A stretch of DNA of 64,000 bases, taken from the NCBI GenBank assembly GCA_945891385.1, contig CAMDDJ010000007.1, positions 4,775 through 68,774 of the forward strand, given 5' to 3'. The DNA is from Candidatus Kuenenia stuttgartensis. GTDB taxonomy: Bacteria > Planctomycetota > Planctomycetia > Pirellulales > UBA1268. The notes beneath the pieces were generated by a model. It had not been told where the DNA came from, did not search any database, and saw nothing but the letters and a program-made list of their open reading frames with translations. Position 1 is the stretch's first letter; each line of letters opens with the position of its first letter. Shown in pieces: positions 9,693 through 20,594 of this stretch. A program made the translations under genes and the position numbers.

Positions 9693-11129
9693 ATGACGAT
9701 TCGTTGGCCCTGGTGGAGACTTCTGGCGGCAGGTCTGGTGGTGGCGGCTGGAACGGGCTCCGGTTGGGGACAGGACGACGAGGACGAACCGGAGCCGCCG
9801 GAGCCGATCACGATCCCGCTCCGGCTCGAGTCCCGGATTCTCGACATGGAGCGGCTGCGGGCCAGCCGGATGGGATACCGGCCAGCGAGCTACAAACTCG
9901 TCGCCGAACGGCCGGCGGCGATCACCGCGGAGCCTGACTACGTGGGTGCCCCGCTATACGGCTGCGTGCGCGTGGGCAACGGGCCGCGAAACGCCACGTT
10001 GTTTGTCGTGGACGAGCCGGAGAAGGGCCGGGGAAAGGTCTACTTCGATCTCAACCAGAACGGCGACCTCACCGACGATGGCCCGGGTGATTGGGAGAAG
10101 GTCAACGAACTCGACGGCGTGAACACCTACATGACCATCGTCCCGATCCACGCCTCCTGGGGCATGCCCCTCGAGGAGACGGAGGCGGGCGAGTATCACC
10201 TGTTCGTATATAAGCGGCATGGGGCCAAGGGAGGCGGGTATGCCAAGGTCAGCGGCCGGGCGGGCGATCTGCCGATCGGCGACAAGACGTACTTCGTCGT
10301 GCTTGCGGAAAGCACGAACGACGGGCTGTTCACCGTTCCGGCCACTGGCGACCTGACCCGCCGTCCGGTCGAACTCCACATCGATCTCGATGGAGACGGC
10401 ACGTTTCTCGGCGTGCTCTCGGAGGTGGATGGCAGGGAGTTTCGCTCACCCGAGCGATTCGATCTGGCCGCCCCCTTCCAGATCGATGGCCAGTGGTATC
10501 TCGGACGGCCTTCGCTCAGCGGAGACAAACTGACCCTCCGGCTCACCGACCCGCCCGGCACCGACGTGCTGCGAAACCAGGCACCAGTCGAGGTCAAGCG
10601 GGTCTTGGCCCCAGGCACGCCGGCTCCGGATTTTGTGGTCGAGGCGGTGGACGGGACACCGATCAGGCTCGGGGCCTTCAAAGGCAAGGTCGTGATCCTC
10701 GATTTCTGGGCCACCTGGTGCGGCCCCTGCCAGTCTGCGATGCCCGGCCTGGAGCGGGTCTATCAGATGGTGCGTGACCAGGAGGTCGAGGTGTTGAGCC
10801 TCAACGTCTACGACGACCGCGAGGCCTTCCAGGAGTGGGTCAAGACGAACGGTGGAACCAAATACAACTTCACCTTCGCCTACGATCCGGCGGAGAAGGG
10901 CGACCCTTCGAGCGTGGCCGGAGGGCTCTACAACGTGCCGGGGCTGCCGACGATGTACGTCATCGACCGGGAGGGCATGGTGGCGAAAACCCTGGTGGGA
11001 GGCGGCCATGAGGCTGCTCTCGTGGAATTCCTGGCAACCCTCGGCATCGACACGAAAGCGGCCGCCGAATCGGCTGACGAAACGGATGCGGAACCTGCGG
11101 AATCCGCTGCCGAACCGACCGCTGAGTGA
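9693..11129 (+). CDS. TlpA-like thiol:disulfide oxidoreductase with a large uncharacterised N-terminal domain
   Basis: Signal peptide and a C-terminal thioredoxin fold with FWATWCGPC. The roughly 300-aa N-terminal part has no recognised motif. Confidence 0.8.
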   Translation: MTIRWPWWRLLAAGLVVAAGTGSGWGQDDEDEPEPPEPITIPLRLESRILDMERLRASRMGYRPASYKLVAERPAAITAEPDYVGAPLYGCVRVGNGPRNATLFVVDEPEKGRGKVYFDLNQNGDLTDDGPGDWEKVNELDGVNTYMTIVPIHASWGMPLEETEAGEYHLFVYKRHGAKGGGYAKVSGRAGDLPIGDKTYFVVLAESTNDGLFTVPATGDLTRRPVELHIDLDGDGTFLGVLSEVDGREFRSPERFDLAAPFQIDGQWYLGRPSLSGDKLTLRLTDPPGTDVLRNQAPVEVKRVLAPGTPAPDFVVEAVDGTPIRLGAFKGKVVILDFWATWCGPCQSAMPGLERVYQMVRDQEVEVLSLNVYDDREAFQEWVKTNGGTKYNFTFAYDPAEKGDPSSVAGGLYNVPGLPTMYVIDREGMVAKTLVGGGHEAALVEFLATLGIDTKAAAESADETDAEPAESAAEPTAE

Positions 11130-11225
11130 TCCGCCCTGAGCGTGGGCCGATGCGGACCAGGACCGCGTCCTGCAGTTGCGATGCCGAATCCGAACGTCCA
11201 AAGAGGGCTGAGGCTCTGACCAGCC

Positions 11226-12566
11226 TCAGCTCGTGACGGCCCGGATGCCGGCTTCGCAGGCTCCGGCGAGCTGGTCGAGCTCGGCTGCGGTGATGCACAG
11301 GGGCGGCATGATCACGACGGTGTCGCCCAGGGGGCGGAGAATCGCGGCCTGGGACCTGGCCGCCTCGCAGGCCCTGCGGCCCCGCTGTTCCTGCCAAGGA
11401 TAGCGGCGGCCGGTCGCCTTGTCGGCCACGAGGTCGAGGCCGAGAACAAACCCGCACTGCCGCACGCCGCCGACGTGGTCGAGGCCACCGAGGCGGGTGG
11501 CGTGCTCGGCCAGGCGGGCGATCTTCGGCTGGAGAGCGGCCAAGACGTTCTCATCGCGGAAGATTTCGAGTGAGGCCAACCCCACGGCCGCGGCCAGCGG
11601 GTTTCCGCCGTAGGTGTGGCCGTGATAGAAGGCCCGCTGCTCGGCGTGGCTGCCGAGGAACGCGTCCCAGATGCAGCCGTGCGTGAGCGTGGCGGCCATC
11701 GGCAGATAGCCGGCGGTGAGCCCCTTGGCCAGGCAGAGGAAGTCGGGCACCACCCCTTCCTGCTCGCAGGCGAACATCGTGCCAGTGCGGCCGAAGCCGG
11801 TGGCCACCTCGTCGAGGATCAGGAGCACGTCGTGGGCTCGGGTCAGTTCCCGCACGCCCCAGAGGTAGCCAGCCGGGTGGACGAGGATGCCGCCGGCCAT
11901 CTGTACAAGCGGCTCCATCACGACCGCCGCGGTCTCGTGGCCATGCTCCTCGAGTTCCTTTGCCAGCCGCGCAAGAGAAGCCTCGAGCGAAGGTAGGTGG
12001 CCCGACTCGTCGGGTAGTCCCGGCGGCGGCAGCCGGATCGATTCAAAGGTGAGCGGAGCGAACATCGCCGTGAACCGATCGACGCCTCCCACGCCGACGG
12101 CTCCGAGCGTGTCGCCGTGGTAGGCCTCGTCGATCGCAATGAACCGCGTCTTCTCGGGGCGGGCCGGCGTGGTCTGCCGCCAGAACTGGAAGGCCATCTT
12201 GAGGGCGGCCTCGATGGCGGTGGAGCCGTCGTCGGAGAAGAAGGTCCGGTCGAGCCCCGGAGGCGCGACTCGCGCCAGCTGCCGGGCGAACTCCACGGTG
12301 ACGGGGTTCGAAAGGCCGAGATTCGTGGTATGGGCCACCTTCGCCGCCTGGGCCGTGAGCGCGGCGTCGAGCCGGGGATGCCGGTGGCCGTGGACGTTGC
12401 ACCACATGCTCGCCGAGCCGTCGAGATAGCGACGGCCATCGACGTCGACGAGCCAGGCCCCCTCGCCCCGCTCGATCAGAAGCGGCTCGTATTCCGCCAT
12501 CTGGGTGAAGGCGTGCCAGACATGATGGCGATCCCAGTCGAGGAGTTCCGCTCGGGACGACGGCAC
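11226..12566 (-). CDS. bioA: adenosylmethionine-8-amino-7-oxononanoate aminotransferase
   Basis: GTG start. The N-terminus [25 protein letters not shown], the [12 protein letters not shown] region and [14 protein letters not shown] are typical of BioA. Confidence 0.9.
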   Translation of the reverse strand: MPSSRAELLDWDRHHVWHAFTQMAEYEPLLIERGEGAWLVDVDGRRYLDGSASMWCNVHGHRHPRLDAALTAQAAKVAHTTNLGLSNPVTVEFARQLARVAPPGLDRTFFSDDGSTAIEAALKMAFQFWRQTTPARPEKTRFIAIDEAYHGDTLGAVGVGGVDRFTAMFAPLTFESIRLPPPGLPDESGHLPSLEASLARLAKELEEHGHETAAVVMEPLVQMAGGILVHPAGYLWGVRELTRAHDVLLILDEVATGFGRTGTMFACEQEGVVPDFLCLAKGLTAGYLPMAATLTHGCIWDAFLGSHAEQRAFYHGHTYGGNPLAAAVGLASLEIFRDENVLAALQPKIARLAEHATRLGGLDHVGGVRQCGFVLGLDLVADKATGRRYPWQEQRGRRACEAARSQAAILRPLGDTVVIMPPLCITAAELDQLAGACEAGIRAVTS

Positions 12567-12662
12567 GTCGAACTTCTATCAGGGGGGTGAAGGACGAACC
12601 TGACTACGATACCATGAGAAACCTATGAGACGGCCACGAGGCCGCGGCCTGAGGCCTCTTGC

Positions 12663-13100
12663 ATGCGACTCTCCGCCCGCGTCGAATATGCTGCCATCGC
12701 CGCGCTCAACATCGCGTGCCGCGGCGAGCGGCACGGGCCGGTGAGCCTGCGGGCGATCTGCGAGGAGCAGGGGGTGCCATCGCGGTTCCTTGTGCACATT
12801 CTGCTGCAACTCAAGCGGGCGGGGATCGTGCAGAGCACCCGCGGGGCCAGCGGCGGCTACCTCCTGGCCCGTCCGGCCGACGAGATCACGCTCCTCGACA
12901 TCTATCTGGCGATCGAGGGGCCGGTGGAGTGTCCGGCGGTTGTGACGGCGGGCCTGGCCGGGAAGTCCCGCGGCGCGACCGTGCTGAAGGCAGCCTGGGA
13001 GGCGGGCTGCCAGGCGGGGGCCGGCGCCCTGGCATCCCAATCGCTCGCCGACCTTGCCGCCCGGACGCTCAATGCGAGCGAGCCGATGTATTTCATCTGA
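12663..13100 (+). CDS. Rrf2 family transcriptional regulator
   Basis: MRLSARVEYAAIAAL...GVPSRFLVHILLQLKRAGIVQSTRGASGGYLLARP winged-helix signature. Divergent from bioA. Confidence 0.85.
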   Translation: MRLSARVEYAAIAALNIACRGERHGPVSLRAICEEQGVPSRFLVHILLQLKRAGIVQSTRGASGGYLLARPADEITLLDIYLAIEGPVECPAVVTAGLAGKSRGATVLKAAWEAGCQAGAGALASQSLADLAARTLNASEPMYFI

Positions 13101-13108
13101 CGGCGATT

Positions 13109-13888
13109 GTGGTGGGTGCCTTCGTGACACGATGTCTCGCCGCCCTCGCGCTTGTGTTGGCGATCGGGCGTGGCCCTGCCGCCGGTGCCGAGCCAACGCT
13201 CCGCGTGCTTTCCTACAACATCCACCATGGACGCGGCACCGACGGCCTGGTGGACCTCCCGCGGATCGCGGCCGTGATCCGCGGATGCGGGGCTGACATC
13301 GTCTTTCTCCAGGAGGTCGACGATCGCACGGACCGCACCGGCGGCGTCGATCAGACGGCCGAGCTCTCGCGGCTGACGGGCCTCCAGGGCGAGTTCGGCC
13401 GCCAGATCGACTACCAGGGGGGGCGCTATGGTCAGGCGATTCTTTCCCGGACGCCACTCGCCCGGCCGCGGGTGCACGTGCTGCCCGGGCATCCCGACCG
13501 CGAGACCCGGATCGCTTTTTCGGCGCAGACGCAGATCGGCGAGCGCTTGCTCGTGGTGGTGGGCACGCATCTCCATCACCGTGATCCGGCGGAACGGCTG
13601 GCGCAGGCCGAGGCTCTCGCCACGCTCGACCTTGGTGATGGGCCGATGATTCTCGGTGGCGATCTCAATGCGTCGCCGGAAAGCGAACCGCTCACGGCGC
13701 TCCTCACGAGCTGGCGAGCCACCTCCGCCGAACCGCTGCCCACGTTTCCCGCCGGTGCGCCGACCCGCCAGATCGACTTCATCCTCTACCGGCCGGCTGG
13801 CATGCTCGCGGCCGGCCCGGTCCGGGTGCTCGACGAGCCAGTCGCTTCGGACCACCGGCCGATCCTCGCGGTGTTCACGCTTCGCTGA
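13109..13888 (+). CDS. endonuclease/exonuclease/phosphatase (EEP) family protein, secreted
   Basis: Motifs LRVLSYNIHHG, IVFLQEVD, GTHLHH, GGDLNA and SDHRP. There is no ATG, so the start is assigned to GTG 13109 (or 13112), just after the Rrf2 stop. Confidence 0.75.
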   Translation: MVGAFVTRCLAALALVLAIGRGPAAGAEPTLRVLSYNIHHGRGTDGLVDLPRIAAVIRGCGADIVFLQEVDDRTDRTGGVDQTAELSRLTGLQGEFGRQIDYQGGRYGQAILSRTPLARPRVHVLPGHPDRETRIAFSAQTQIGERLLVVVGTHLHHRDPAERLAQAEALATLDLGDGPMILGGDLNASPESEPLTALLTSWRATSAEPLPTFPAGAPTRQIDFILYRPAGMLAAGPVRVLDEPVASDHRPILAVFTLR

Positions 13889-13938
13889 CGCAGACGGCCC
13901 CGGCCTTCCGCCGGCGAGCCGTGGCAGAGGCAGAGGCG

Positions 13939-15432
<1,494 letters not shown>

Positions 15433-15445
15433 GATGCCAGGACGA

Positions 15446-17002
15446 TCAGGCGGGAAGGGCCGGGCGGCGGGTGTGCCAATCGGTGAGTTGCTGATAGCCG
15501 TGCGCGGCCCGCAGCAGGAGCGACTCGGCCAGGGCCGGCCCCTGCAGCTGGAATCCGATCGGCAGGCCGCCGGCCGTGAAGCCGCAGGGGAACGAGATGC
15601 CGCCGATTCCCGCGAGGTTCGTGCCGACCGTGTACATGTCGACGAGGTACATCGCCAGCGGGTCGCCCGTCTTTTCCCCGAGTTTGAAGGCGGGCGTCGG
15701 CGACACGGGGCCGGCGATCAGATCGACTTTCGTAAAGGCCTCGAGATAGTCTCGCTGGATCAGCCGGCGGACGCGGAGCGCCTTGGCGTAGAAGGCGTCG
15801 TAGTAGCCGGCCGAGAGGGCATAGGTGCCGAGCATCACTCGCCGCTTCACCTCCGGGCCGAAGCCCTCGGCCCGGCTGCGGCAATACATTTCGACGAGCG
15901 GCGAATCGAACCCGCCGACATACTCCCCTGCCCCGCCGCCGCCCCGCCCGGTCTCGGCCCGGTAGCCCTTCCCGGTCTCGGCCCGGTGGCCCTTCCCGGG
16001 CTCGGCCCGGTGTCCATAGTGAGCTCCATCGTAGCGGGCCAGATTGCTCGAGGCCTCGCAGGGCGCGATCAGGTAATAGGTGGGAATCCCATACTTGGCA
16101 TGCGGTAGTTCCACGTCGTGGATCGTCGCACCGGCCGCTTTCAAGGTCTCGAAGGCGGCCTCCACCCCTGCGGCCACCTCGGGATCGAGCCCGGCCCCGA
16201 AGTGCTCCGCCACCCGCCCGATCCGCAAGCCCTGGAGCGGCTCGTTGAGCAGACTCGTGTAGGTCGGCACCGGCTCGGCCAGCGACGTCGCATCGCCCGG
16301 ATCGTGGCCGGCGATCGTCTCCATAAGGAGCGCGCAGTCGGCGGCGGATCGGGCCATCGGCCCGATCTGATCGAGGCTCGACGCGAAAGCCACTAGCCCC
16401 CGCCGGCTGATCCGCCCATAGGTCGGCTTGAAGCCCGTGATGCCACAGAGGCCGGCCGGCTGGCGGATCGAGCCGCCGGTGTCGGAGCCGATCGCCACCG
16501 GGGCCATGTCGGCTGCGACGCAGGCCGCCGAGCCGCCGCTCGAGCCACCCGGCGCCCGGGTGAGATCCCACGGATTGTGGACGGCTCCGAAGGCCGAGTT
16601 TTCGTTTGAGCCGCCCATCGCGAACTCGTCCATGTTCGTCTTGCCCACGATCACGGCATCGGCCCGCCTCAGCCGGGCGACCACATCTGCGTCATACGGC
16701 GGCCGGAAGCCCTCCAGCATCTTCGACGCGCAGGTCGTGGGTAGATCGGCGGTGCAGAGTGCGTCTTTCACCGCCACCGGTAGTCCTGCGAGCGGCCCGA
16801 GCGGCTTGCCGGCCTTGCGTCGGGCGTCGATCGCAGCCGCCTGCGCGACTGCCGCTTCCCGGTTCACGGCCAGAAACGCGTTGATCCGCCCGTCGACGGC
16901 AGCGATCCGGTCGAAGAACGCCTCGGCACACGCGACGGCCGAGAGTTCACCCTGCTGCACGGCGGCCACGAGATCGACGGCGGAGAGAGCGAGCGGCTGC
17001 AT
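15446..17002 (-). CDS. gatA: Asp/Glu-tRNA(Asn/Gln) amidotransferase subunit A
   Basis: Start at ATG 17000-17002 (MQPLALS). Amidase signature GKTNMDEFAMGGSNENSAFG and GGSSGGSAA. Contains an in-frame repeat insertion (see the repeat feature). Confidence 0.95.
   Translation of the reverse strand: MQPLALSAVDLVAAVQQGELSAVACAEAFFDRIAAVDGRINAFLAVNREAAVAQAAAIDARRKAGKPLGPLAGLPVAVKDALCTADLPTTCASKMLEGFRPPYDADVVARLRRADAVIVGKTNMDEFAMGGSNENSAFGAVHNPWDLTRAPGGSSGGSAACVAADMAPVAIGSDTGGSIRQPAGLCGITGFKPTYGRISRRGLVAFASSLDQIGPMARSAADCALLMETIAGHDPGDATSLAEPVPTYTSLLNEPLQGLRIGRVAEHFGAGLDPEVAAGVEAAFETLKAAGATIHDVELPHAKYGIPTYYLIAPCEASSNLARYDGAHYGHRAEPGKGHRAETGKGYRAETGRGGGGAGEYVGGFDSPLVEMYCRSRAEGFGPEVKRRVMLGTYALSAGYYDAFYAKALRVRRLIQRDYLEAFTKVDLIAGPVSPTPAFKLGEKTGDPLAMYLVDMYTVGTNLAGIGGISFPCGFTAGGLPIGFQLQGPALAESLLLRAAHGYQQLTDWHTRRPALPA
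15947..16018. repeat. 3 x 24-bp in-frame tandem repeat inside gatA
   Basis: The units are cccggtctcggcccggtagccctt, cccggtctcggcccggtggccctt and cccgggctcggcccggtgtccata. They encode YGHRAEPG-KGHRAETG-KGYRAETG. Confidence 0.9.
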
Positions 17003-17030
17003 GGCGGGAATCCGACTCAGGAGGGGCGGC

Positions 17031-17333
17031 TCAGGCGGCCCCCGACTCGCCGAGCACGGCGGGCACGAGGAAGCAGGAACCGTCCTGCCGCGGGGCATTG
17101 GCCAGGGCCTGCTCGGTGCTGAGCGAGGGAGCCGGCACGTCTTCGCGAAAGACGTTGCGGCTCTCGAGCGGGTGGGCGAGAGGCTCGACGGCTGCGGTGT
17201 CGAGTTCGGAGAGCTGCGACACGAAATTGACGATCTTCGAGAGCTCCCCCGTCATCCGTTCGAGATCAGCCTCGGTGAGGGCCAGGCGGGCGAGCATGCC
17301 GACTTTGGCGACGTCCTGACGCGTGAGGCTCAT
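17031..17333 (-). CDS. gatC: Asp/Glu-tRNA(Asn/Gln) amidotransferase subunit C
   Basis: 100 aa. VAKVGMLARLALTEADLERMTGELSKIVNFV is typical of GatC. Lies directly upstream of gatA. Confidence 0.9.
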   Translation of the reverse strand: MSLTRQDVAKVGMLARLALTEADLERMTGELSKIVNFVSQLSELDTAAVEPLAHPLESRNVFREDVPAPSLSTEQALANAPRQDGSCFLVPAVLGESGAA

Positions 17334-17381
17334 AAGCCGGAACCGAGGAAAGCGGGAAGGCGGACAGCAAGCAGCGACGGC

Positions 17382-17702
17382 CTACGGACGGGCCCGCGGC
17401 CCCGAGGGAACCGCCTCCTCCGCCGCAGGCTTTGCCTTCTCGACCTTGGGCAGGTGGAACGGCTTCCGCTTCACGAGTTTGGTGACGTGGCCGCTCTTGA
17501 TGCACTGGGTGCAAGCGAGCACGGTCGTATTGGTGCCGTTGCCCACGGTCACCCGCAGCCGCTGGAGGTTCGGCTTGAACTTGCGACGGGTGATGCCCGT
17601 CACCTTGGTGCCGACGCCACCCAGGTATTTCGCCTTACCGCGAATCGTGACCTGGTTGCCGACCGAAAAGCCCTTGCCGCAGACCTGACAGGAACGTGCC
17701 AC
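17382..17702 (-). CDS. rpmB: 50S ribosomal protein L28
   Basis: GTG 17700-17702 gives (M)ARSCQVCGKGFSVGNQVT...NLQRLRV. The protein has a Lys/Pro/Ala-rich C-terminal extension. The upstream part of the 185-aa ORF is non-homologous. Confidence 0.85.
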   Translation of the reverse strand: MARSCQVCGKGFSVGNQVTIRGKAKYLGGVGTKVTGITRRKFKPNLQRLRVTVGNGTNTTVLACTQCIKSGHVTKLVKRKPFHLPKVEKAKPAAEEAVPSGPRARP

Positions 17703-17852
17703 GGGAAAACCTCGAAAAGTCCGGAAAACCGAGCCCCTGAGCATAGCCGCGGGCCGTTTTTCCGCAACCCCGGTCGGGAGCCGCGGGTTTTCGTCCACCG
17801 TGAGGGGCCCGGGGCCTCCCGGATGACGGGGCGGAGACGGCGTCAACTGGTG

Positions 17853-17993
17853 GGCCGGGGCTGCCCATGCCCCGAGAGCCGGACGTTCGCTTCGCCCATC
17901 CTGGGCTTCGCTCACTCCGAGAAAACTGCGCTTCGCCATCCATGGCTTCGCTGGTTTTCTAGGCCGGCTCTCGGGGCATGGGCAGCCCCGGCC
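17853..17993. repeat. perfect 30-bp inverted repeat (17853-17882 / 17964-17993) flanking an 81-nt core with an internal ~25-nt direct repeat
   Basis: The arms are GGCCGGGGCTGCCCATGCCCCGAGAGCCGG and its exact reverse complement. The core carries CGCTTCGCCCATCCTGGGCTTCGCT (17888-17912) and CGCTTCGCCATCCATGGCTTCGCT (17929-17952). Confidence 0.85.
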
Positions 17994-18156
17994 TTGCGAC
18001 CTCGATGCAGGTGGCCTCGAATTTCCCTCCAGGTCGGTGTTCCAGTTGGCCCGTGGGGGCAGGCTTGCAGCCTGCCCACGTTCGGCGCCGATCCTTCTTT
18101 CGTGCCTCGCTCCACCCGCCGGCCCCCGATCCCTGCCGCTCGTCTACCATGTCCGC

Positions 18157-18603
18157 ATGCCAGTCTTCGATTACTCATTCATCGTCGATGCGCCGCTCGA
18201 CGCGGTCCGCGATTTTCATCGCGACACATCCGCCCTCAAGAAACTCACGCCGCCGCCGACGCTCGTGCAGCTCCACTCGATCGAGCCGCTGGCCGAGGGG
18301 TCGGTGTCGGAGTTCACGCTCTGGGTCGGGCCGCTGCCGCTCCGGTGGAAGGCCGTGCATCGGAATGTGACCGACCGGGGGTTTACCGACGTGCAGGCCG
18401 CCGGGCCGGCGGCGAAGTGGGAACATACCCACTCGTTCGTGCCACTGGCCGACGGGCGGACGGAGATCCGCGAGCACATCGAGTTCGAGCACAAGCCCGG
18501 GGCCTGGGGGCTGGTCACGCGACTGTTGTTTTCGCGACCGAACCTGCTTCTGATGTTCGGCTATCGCCGCTGGGTGACCCGCCGCGGGGTCCGGCGTCGG
18601 TAG
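18157..18603 (+). CDS. SRPBCC (START/polyketide-cyclase-like) family protein
   Basis: 148 aa from ATG 18157 (MPVFDYSFIVDAPLDAVRDFH...). The general SRPBCC pattern is recognised only loosely. Confidence 0.6.
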   Translation: MPVFDYSFIVDAPLDAVRDFHRDTSALKKLTPPPTLVQLHSIEPLAEGSVSEFTLWVGPLPLRWKAVHRNVTDRGFTDVQAAGPAAKWEHTHSFVPLADGRTEIREHIEFEHKPGAWGLVTRLLFSRPNLLLMFGYRRWVTRRGVRRR

Positions 18604-18754
18604 ACGCGGCTCTCAGACGTTCGGAGGAGGAGGCGAAGGGGTCGGCGAACGCTCGCGGAGCAATCGGGGCGTATCCTCGCCCGCGACGCGACTTTTGCCG
18701 TCCCTGAGCCGGTGCCGCACGGCTCTCAGAGCGGCGTTCGGTGCGTGGTCGACG

Positions 18755-19582
18755 TCAGGCTGGCAAGCCCAGTGTTTCGAGGAGCGATTCGTGCACGTGG
18801 CCGTTGGTCGCCACACCGTCGCCAGAATCGATCCGCGGCCGTCCCCGCCAGTCGCTGAACCGGCCGCCCGCCTCGCTCACGACCACCTCCACGGCGGCGG
18901 CGTCCCAAGGATTGAGCCGAGGGTCGATCATGATCTCGGCCCGGCCGGTGGCCACGAGGAGATAGCCATAACCGTCGCCCCAGGTGCGGACGAGGCCGGC
19001 GGCGGCATCGAGGCGGCGCCGGGCCTCTGTTCCGGCGGCTTCACCGCCGCTCCAGCGACCGAAATCGACAAAGTCGCTGGAACAGACGAGGCTCTCGGCG
19101 AGCGTGGTCCGCGGGGAGACGCGGGCGGGAACCGCCGCCGCCGAACCGCGTTCATGCCAGGCGCCGCCTCCCACGGTCGCGTAGGCCAGTTCGTCGAGCG
19201 CGGGCATCGCGATCACGCCCACCACGCCGCGGCCGCCGTGGCGGCAGCCCACGAGGGTGGCGTAGAGCGGCACTCCGTGGATGAACGACTTCGTGCCGTC
19301 GATCGGATCGACGACCCATTCGTAGCCCGAGGTTCCCGCGGTCGCGCCCGTTTCCTCGCCGAGGAAGGCGTCGGCGGGAAAGGCCGCCAATAACTCTCGC
19401 CGGAGGATGCCTTCGGCCGCCCGGTCGGCAGCGGTCACCGGCGAACGGTCGGCCTTGTGGTCGATGGCGAGCGTCGGGTCACCAAACCAGCGAAGCGTCT
19501 CAGCCGCTGCCAACCTCGTGGCTGCCAGGGCGGCCGTCAGGCGGCGGGCGAGATCGGCTTGGTCAGGCGATTCAGATGGCAT
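18755..19582 (-). CDS. inositol monophosphatase family protein (HisN-like histidinol-phosphatase candidate)
   Basis: Motifs FLGEE, WVVDPIDGTKSF and WDAAA. Its ATG shares one nucleotide with the lspA stop (TGATG). Confidence 0.8.
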   Translation of the reverse strand: MPSESPDQADLARRLTAALAATRLAAAETLRWFGDPTLAIDHKADRSPVTAADRAAEGILRRELLAAFPADAFLGEETGATAGTSGYEWVVDPIDGTKSFIHGVPLYATLVGCRHGGRGVVGVIAMPALDELAYATVGGGAWHERGSAAAVPARVSPRTTLAESLVCSSDFVDFGRWSGGEAAGTEARRRLDAAAGLVRTWGDGYGYLLVATGRAEIMIDPRLNPWDAAAVEVVVSEAGGRFSDWRGRPRIDSGDGVATNGHVHESLLETLGLPA

Positions 19583-20151
19583 CAGGGCGAGGGTGCGGGT
19601 ACCGAATCGGGGGGCGTACGGAGCGTCGCGATCAGGAGCATAGCCGCTCCCACGACCAGGAAAGAGTCGGCGATGTTGAAGATCGGCCAGTCGATCACGC
19701 CGGGCAGCGTGAAGTGGATCCAGTCGCGGACCGCTTGCACGGGCTGGCCGACCCGCTCGGGCGGCAGATGCCAGTGCAGGCCGGGCAACCCGAGCCGGTC
19801 ATAGAGGTTGCCGACGATCCCGCCGCAGATCAGCCCCAGAGACACGACCAGCCAGGGGCTCTTGCGGGTGTCGGCCCTGGCGACCATCGCCACGATGCCC
19901 ACCAATGCCACGAGCGAAACCGCGGCAAACACGAGTCCCAGGCCCTGCCCCATCCCAAACAACGCCCCCTCGTTGAGGTTGGTCTCGAGCGCAAGGATCC
20001 GAGGTACGAGCACGATCGGCGGGCTCGTGCCGGGCATGCCGAGCCGGGCGAAGATCGCCTCCTTCGAGACGAGGTCGGCCAGGCTGGCGGCGACGAACAC
20101 GGCCACGAAGATCGGCCATCCCAGGCGGGAACTGTCCATCCGATTCCTCAT
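19582..20151 (-). CDS. lspA: lipoprotein signal peptidase (signal peptidase II)
   Basis: Start at ATG 20151. Motifs NEGALFG, GGIVGNLYDR and FNIADS. Four hydrophobic segments. Confidence 0.85.
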   Translation of the reverse strand: MRNRMDSSRLGWPIFVAVFVAASLADLVSKEAIFARLGMPGTSPPIVLVPRILALETNLNEGALFGMGQGLGLVFAAVSLVALVGIVAMVARADTRKSPWLVVSLGLICGGIVGNLYDRLGLPGLHWHLPPERVGQPVQAVRDWIHFTLPGVIDWPIFNIADSFLVVGAAMLLIATLRTPPDSVPAPSP

Positions 20152-20192
20152 GCGAGGAACGGCCCGGGCTTGTCCCGCCGACTCGGCTCGAG

Positions 20193-20594
20193 TCAGCGAG
20201 GCTGGCGTGGCCGCCCGCCTCCCTCGTTTTCGAGTTTCTCGGCGCAGCGGATGCACATCGGCGCGAACGGAATCGCCTCAAGCCGCTTTTTGGCGATCAC
20301 GCCGCCGCACTCCTCGCAGACGCCGTATTTCTTTTCCCGGATCCTGGCCAAGGCCTGTTCGACGAGTTCGAGCGTTTCCTCCTCCGTGGCCATCAGGCTG
20401 AGGGTGAATTCCTGCTCGTAGGCGTCAGAACCAATATCGGCCATGTGGATCGGCATGCTGGAGAGGTCGCCGCCCGCTTCGCTCCGCGTCTTGCCCAGGG
20501 CGGCGTCGGCCATCATCGAGACATCCCCGCGAAGCCGGGCCCGCAGCGCCTCGAGCGCGGCCTTGAAAACCTTGACATCTGCGGCTTTGAGCAT
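20193..20594 (-). CDS. DksA/TraR family C4-type zinc-finger protein
   Basis: 133 aa from ATG 20594. The zinc finger is CEECGGVIAKKRLEAIPFAPMCIRC. The position upstream of lspA is a common arrangement. Confidence 0.85.
   Translation of the reverse strand: MLKAADVKVFKAALEALRARLRGDVSMMADAALGKTRSEAGGDLSSMPIHMADIGSDAYEQEFTLSLMATEEETLELVEQALARIREKKYGVCEECGGVIAKKRLEAIPFAPMCIRCAEKLENEGGGRPRQPR

Noticed and set aside
15947-16018. Short tandem repeats as a possible CRISPR array
   Set aside because: The units are contiguous with no spacers, there are only three copies, and they lie in frame inside gatA. No cas genes are in the window.
16428-18707. 759-aa plus-strand ORF
   Set aside because: It spans, in antisense, gatA, gatC and rpmB, then the intergenic inverted repeat and the SRPBCC gene out of frame. 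No motifs. A high-GC artefact.
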